Part shown: positions 60,364 through 64,000 of the stretch, in pieces
How positions within the stretch are numbered: the first letter of the stretch is position 1
Layout of the letters: each line of letters begins with the position of its first letter
Assembly (NCBI GenBank): GCA_903875465.1
Contig: CAIQWB010000135.1
Span: 8,962-72,961, forward strand
Length of the DNA stretch: 64,000 bases
Reading direction: 5' to 3'
DNA from: an uncultured Verrucomicrobia subdivision 3 bacterium
GTDB taxonomy: Bacteria > Verrucomicrobiota > Verrucomicrobiia > Limisphaerales > UBA11358
The notes under the pieces: generated by a model
Told to the model about the DNA's origin: nothing
Databases searched by the model: none
The model's input: the letters and a program-made list of their open reading frames with translations, nothing else
Position numbers and translations under genes: made by a program

Positions 60364-63009
60364 CTACTGAGCGGCCAAACTTCCCAGCACCTCCACCTCG
60401 GACAGCGCTGCGGCTCGTCCGGCCGGCAGGCCGGTAAAGGTCACGCGCACAAATCGCCCGCGAGCGCCCGTGAGCGCCCGGTCATGCCGCACGGCGTCCG
60501 TCAGCGTTGACTTGGTTTGATCACTGACCATCATCCAATGACCGTCGCCGTCGTCGGAAATTTCAATCTTATACCGCCAATGGCCGGCGGCGGGAAAGGT
60601 CAGGTGCGCTTCCGCCACGGTCACGACGCGCTCCAAATCCACGCGCCACCAGGCATTACCGCGCGCTTCCATGGCCTGCCAAAACGTGGTGGCATTCGCG
60701 TCATTGGCCAGGCGACCGCTGTGGCCGGGGGCCTCACTGCTCGCGCGTGTCGGATTTTCCAGACCGTAACTGGCCACGGCACTGGCGGTCGCCGGACCAG
60801 TATAACGCACATAGGGCCGCACCGGCGCGGCGGGGGTTTTGCCCGCCACAAATGGCGGACCGCCCAGCGACTCGAGGGTAAGCGTTGCCTCCGGCAACCC
60901 CGGCGAACTGGCCCGGATCACCGTTTCGCCGGCGTAATAAGAACGGAATTCAATCGCCGCCTGACCATCCAGAATGACAATATCCGAATCCGGCGCAAAC
61001 CGGATGCTGGGCCCCGTCGGAAATTCGCCTGGACCGGCGGCGATGGTCAGAGTCACCGGCGGGCAGTTGGTGAGGATCCGCCCGGCCGCATCCACCACGG
61101 CCACGATGATTTGCGCGTCGTCCGTGCCATCGACCCGTTGCAGAGTGGTTTTGTCGGCGGTCAGCCGCAACCCGGCGGGGGTCCCCGCGCCAGGCCATTC
61201 CGGTGGGGGAATATGCCGGTATTCATTGCGATACCAATAATACTGGCGCTTGGGCAGCCGGAAATAATCAATCATGCCCATGCCGCCAAACCGCTTGCCC
61301 GCCACGCTGCCATGGTCAAAGGCGCACCAGATGGCCTCGCCGCTACGCCAGGGAAAGCGCCACGGATACGGCTGGGTCTGGTCCAGCCCCTTGGCCGTGA
61401 GCAACTCATTCCAACCGGGCGCATATTGACCGGGCCGGTCGGCTTCGGTGGAACCGTATTCGCTGATGACACTCGGAATGCCCGGATCGAGGAACAACCG
61501 CGCGCCATCGCCATTATAACCGGCAATATCGCCCAGCTTGTCAATGTCCCCGCGCTGGCAGCCGCCAATGGCCGCCGGCCGCGTGGGATCCAGTTCATGG
61601 CTGTAGGCCACCAACTCCTTGAGAAACTCCTGCACTTTCGGCAGCGTGGTTTTATCCGTGAAAAACACTTCGTTATCCATGCTCCACACAATGATGCTCG
61701 GGTGGTTGCGATGGATGCGGATCATGTCGCGCAAACTGTTGCGCACGCTCGCCCGAAATTCCGCCTCGTCTTCCAGATGCCGCGGATAAGCGCCGCTATT
61801 TTTAAAATCGCCCTCGCCATGAAAACTGCCCGAGCCCCAGAAATTATTCTCGGACCAGAACATCACTCCCAGCTCGTCGCAGGCAGAAACGAACGCGGGC
61901 GCATGCGGATAATGCGAGCCGCGAATGAAATCAAAGCCTGCGTCCCGGACCATTTTTACATCGCGATAAAAACCACTGTCCGCCACCGCGTCCCCCCATC
62001 CGGCATGGTCCTGATGCACATTGGCCCCCTTGAAATAATAGTGCTCCCCGTTCAGAAACATCCCTTGATCCGCCGTCCATTTCAGCCAGCGAAAACCCAG
62101 GGGCGATGTGAAGTCATCCACCGCTTTTCCCCCGTCGAGCACCGTTGTGCGCACGGAGTAAAGATTGGGTTCCGCCGGCGACCACAACCGGGGATGGCCA
62201 ATGGGATCGCTGGTTTGGTCAAAGACCAGCGTGCCCTGCGGGGGCACCGTTTGAGTGGAGGTCATGGTGGTCACCAGTGTGCCCCCGGCATCCAACACTT
62301 CGGTTTGAACCGTGGTTGCCTTGGCACTGCGGGTGTCATTGGCAATTTCCGTCTGCACCCGCACGGTGCCGGCTTCCCGGGACACCTGGGGCGTGGTCAC
62401 AAACGTGCCATACCAGGCAACGTGCAGCGGGGCTGTCACCACCACCCGCACATCCCGGTAAATTCCGCCACTAAAGGTATGCTCGCCACCCCGTGGTGCC
62501 AGGCGGGCATTCCACAGGTTGTTCACCCGCACTGCCAGCACATTATCCCCGGTATGCACTGCTTCGGTGAGGTCAAAGGTAAAGCCGGTGTAACCGCCCC
62601 GGTGTTCACCAATCCGTTTGCCGTTCACAAACAGCTCGGCGACTTGAAACGCCCCGTCAAATTCCAGGTTGATGCGGTGCTTGCGCCAGGCGCGCGGGAC
62701 CGTGAGGGTCTTGCGATACCAGCCGTACCCCTCATAAAACTTCGCTGATAAAAAGTACGGTTCACTGAAGGAATGGGGCAAATGGATGTTTTGCCAACCC
62801 GCGGTGTCGAAGTCCGGCTTTTCGGCCCCAGCCGGATCGCCCAATTGAAACTGCCATTCCCGGTTCAAATTAATCACCTGCCGGAGCTCCGCCGCCGGCG
62901 CCGGCCGGAGGCCAGCCACCAGAAGTGCCAGCAAAACCAAGAATCCACCAATAAGTCGCCGGGGGAAATCCCGGCCTGAGGGCTGCTTCACTTGAGTGTC
63001 CATATGCAT
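60364..63009 (-). CDS. Glycoside hydrolase family 2 (beta-galactosidase-like) with C-terminal F5/8 type C (CBM32-like) domain
   Basis: GGIYRDV, GANVHQD, IRGSHYP, RNHPSIIVWSMDNE, SEYG; C-terminal WWRVDL..RFVRV. Start at 63009 or 63003. Confidence 0.9.
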   Translation of the reverse strand: MHMDTQVKQPSGRDFPRRLIGGFLVLLALLVAGLRPAPAAELRQVINLNREWQFQLGDPAGAEKPDFDTAGWQNIHLPHSFSEPYFLSAKFYEGYGWYRKTLTVPRAWRKHRINLEFDGAFQVAELFVNGKRIGEHRGGYTGFTFDLTEAVHTGDNVLAVRVNNLWNARLAPRGGEHTFSGGIYRDVRVVVTAPLHVAWYGTFVTTPQVSREAGTVRVQTEIANDTRSAKATTVQTEVLDAGGTLVTTMTSTQTVPPQGTLVFDQTSDPIGHPRLWSPAEPNLYSVRTTVLDGGKAVDDFTSPLGFRWLKWTADQGMFLNGEHYYFKGANVHQDHAGWGDAVADSGFYRDVKMVRDAGFDFIRGSHYPHAPAFVSACDELGVMFWSENNFWGSGSFHGEGDFKNSGAYPRHLEDEAEFRASVRNSLRDMIRIHRNHPSIIVWSMDNEVFFTDKTTLPKVQEFLKELVAYSHELDPTRPAAIGGCQRGDIDKLGDIAGYNGDGARLFLDPGIPSVISEYGSTEADRPGQYAPGWNELLTAKGLDQTQPYPWRFPWRSGEAIWCAFDHGSVAGKRFGGMGMIDYFRLPKRQYYWYRNEYRHIPPPEWPGAGTPAGLRLTADKTTLQRVDGTDDAQIIVAVVDAAGRILTNCPPVTLTIAAGPGEFPTGPSIRFAPDSDIVILDGQAAIEFRSYYAGETVIRASSPGLPEATLTLESLGGPPFVAGKTPAAPVRPYVRYTGPATASAVASYGLENPTRASSEAPGHSGRLANDANATTFWQAMEARGNAWWRVDLERVVTVAEAHLTFPAAGHWRYKIEISDDGDGHWMMVSDQTKSTLTDAVRHDRALTGARGRFVRVTFTGLPAGRAAALSEVEVLGSLAAQ

Positions 63010-63188
63010 GTCATTGTCCTGCCAGCCTGCCCGGGTTTGGCGTCCCGGGCAATCTTGAATATTGGGCAGGCACTGTTCGGACCGCCTGAACTGGCTACGC
63101 TGCATTTTAAACACGGGATTTGACAGTTGCTTCCACGCTTGCGCCAAACACTGGACACCCTGCCCCGCCCGCGTTATGCTGCCCGCGC

Positions 63189-64000
63189 ATGACAGGCACC
63201 GAACGACTCCTGGCCGAATTAATCGCGCTGCCCAGCGTGAACCCGGCCTTTCTGCCGGTGCGCCACCCCCACGCCGGTGAAAAGCGCGTGGCGGATTTCC
63301 TATCCTCGGTGGCGGCGAACGCCGGGCTGGACGTGGAGTTTCAAAAGGTATTGCCCGGGCGCGCCAATATCCTTGCCCGCTTGCAACCGCCCGGCCCAGT
63401 CCGCCAGACCATCCTGCTCGCGCCCCACCTGGATACCGTGGTAGCCGACAGCACCCAATTCATTCCCCAGCGCAAACACGGCCGGCTGTACGGTCGCGGT
63501 GCGTGCGACACCAAGGGCTCCGTGGCCGCCATGCTCACCGCCTTGTGCGAACTGGCGGCCGCGCCTGGACGTCCGCAAACCACCGAAATCGTTTTCGCCG
63601 GTTTGATCGACGAAGAAAATGCGCAGGAAGGTTCCCGCGCCTTGGTCGCCAGCGGCTTCCAGGCCGACCTCGCCATTGTGGGCGAACCCACGCGGCTCCA
63701 GGTGGTCACCGCGCACAAGGGCAGCTTGTGGCTTGACATCGCCACCCAAGGCCGTTCGGCCCATGGGGCCACACCGTCACTCGGTCGCAATGCCGTGCAT
63801 GCCATGGCCCGCATCGTGGACTGGCTGGAAACCGGGTACCGCGCCCAATTGAACCGCACCCGCCATCCGCTGCTGGGCACCGCCACGGTGAATGTCGGTA
63901 AGATCTCCGGCGGCACCCAGCCCAACATCGTGCCGGATCAATGCGTCATTTCCGTGGACCGCCGTTTGTTGCCCGGTGAGACCGCCGCCGCCGTCCTCCG
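63189..64000 (+). CDS. M20 family metallopeptidase (ArgE/DapE-like); runs off the window edge
   Basis: Not in the ORF track. Manual translation gives LIALPSVNP, HLDTV, GRLYGRGACDTKGS, DEE, GEPT, AHKG and GGTQPNIVPD. Confidence 0.9.
   Translation, partial: MTGTERLLAELIALPSVNPAFLPVRHPHAGEKRVADFLSSVAANAGLDVEFQKVLPGRANILARLQPPGPVRQTILLAPHLDTVVADSTQFIPQRKHGRLYGRGACDTKGSVAAMLTALCELAAAPGRPQTTEIVFAGLIDEENAQEGSRALVASGFQADLAIVGEPTRLQVVTAHKGSLWLDIATQGRSAHGATPSLGRNAVHAMARIVDWLETGYRAQLNRTRHPLLGTATVNVGKISGGTQPNIVPDQCVISVDRRLLPGETAAAVL

Overview
GC-rich bacterial chromosomal window. Its gene content (PEP-CTERM protein, prepilin/H-X9-DG proteins, TIGR02999-like ECF remnant, type-2 MDH) fits a Verrucomicrobia/PVC organism; this is an inference. 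From left to right it holds: an S10 peptidase (cut by the edge), a TPR membrane protein, yraN, argH and addA; a cobalamin riboswitch heading a three-gene operon (secreted beta-rich protein, prepilin-like H-X9-DG protein, Cys-rich mini-protein); mdh and an FlK-type thioesterase; a 13 kb surface-glycan locus with an unusual epimerase/ThDP enzyme/SDR/DHQS-like cyclase/NeuB-like set plus glycosyltransferases and an ArnT-like enzyme. An oppD/oppF ATPase pair is split by a ~7.4 kb accessory island containing tandem repeats, a DUF1016 remnant, an AAA+/DUF4143 gene flanked by 123-bp direct repeats, an AT-rich frameshifted ~1160-aa gene, a relaxase stub, and an internally deleted Y1/RAYT transposase inside 28-bp inverted repeats. 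After the island come an EF-hand membrane protein, nth, a lipoate-ligase family gene, a sigma-factor deletion scar, an alpha-glucan region (GH13, PEP-CTERM, esterase, MFS, GH77), a two-component system with a heavy-metal-type RND pump, a GH2 and an M20 peptidase (cut by the edge). No tRNA, rRNA or CRISPR array was seen. The best candidates for undescribed systems are the B12-riboswitch pilin operon, the carbocyclic/branched sugar pathway, the repeat-flanked cassette island, and a shared C-terminal domain on secreted proteins. All family calls are from motif recognition by eye; no database searches were run.
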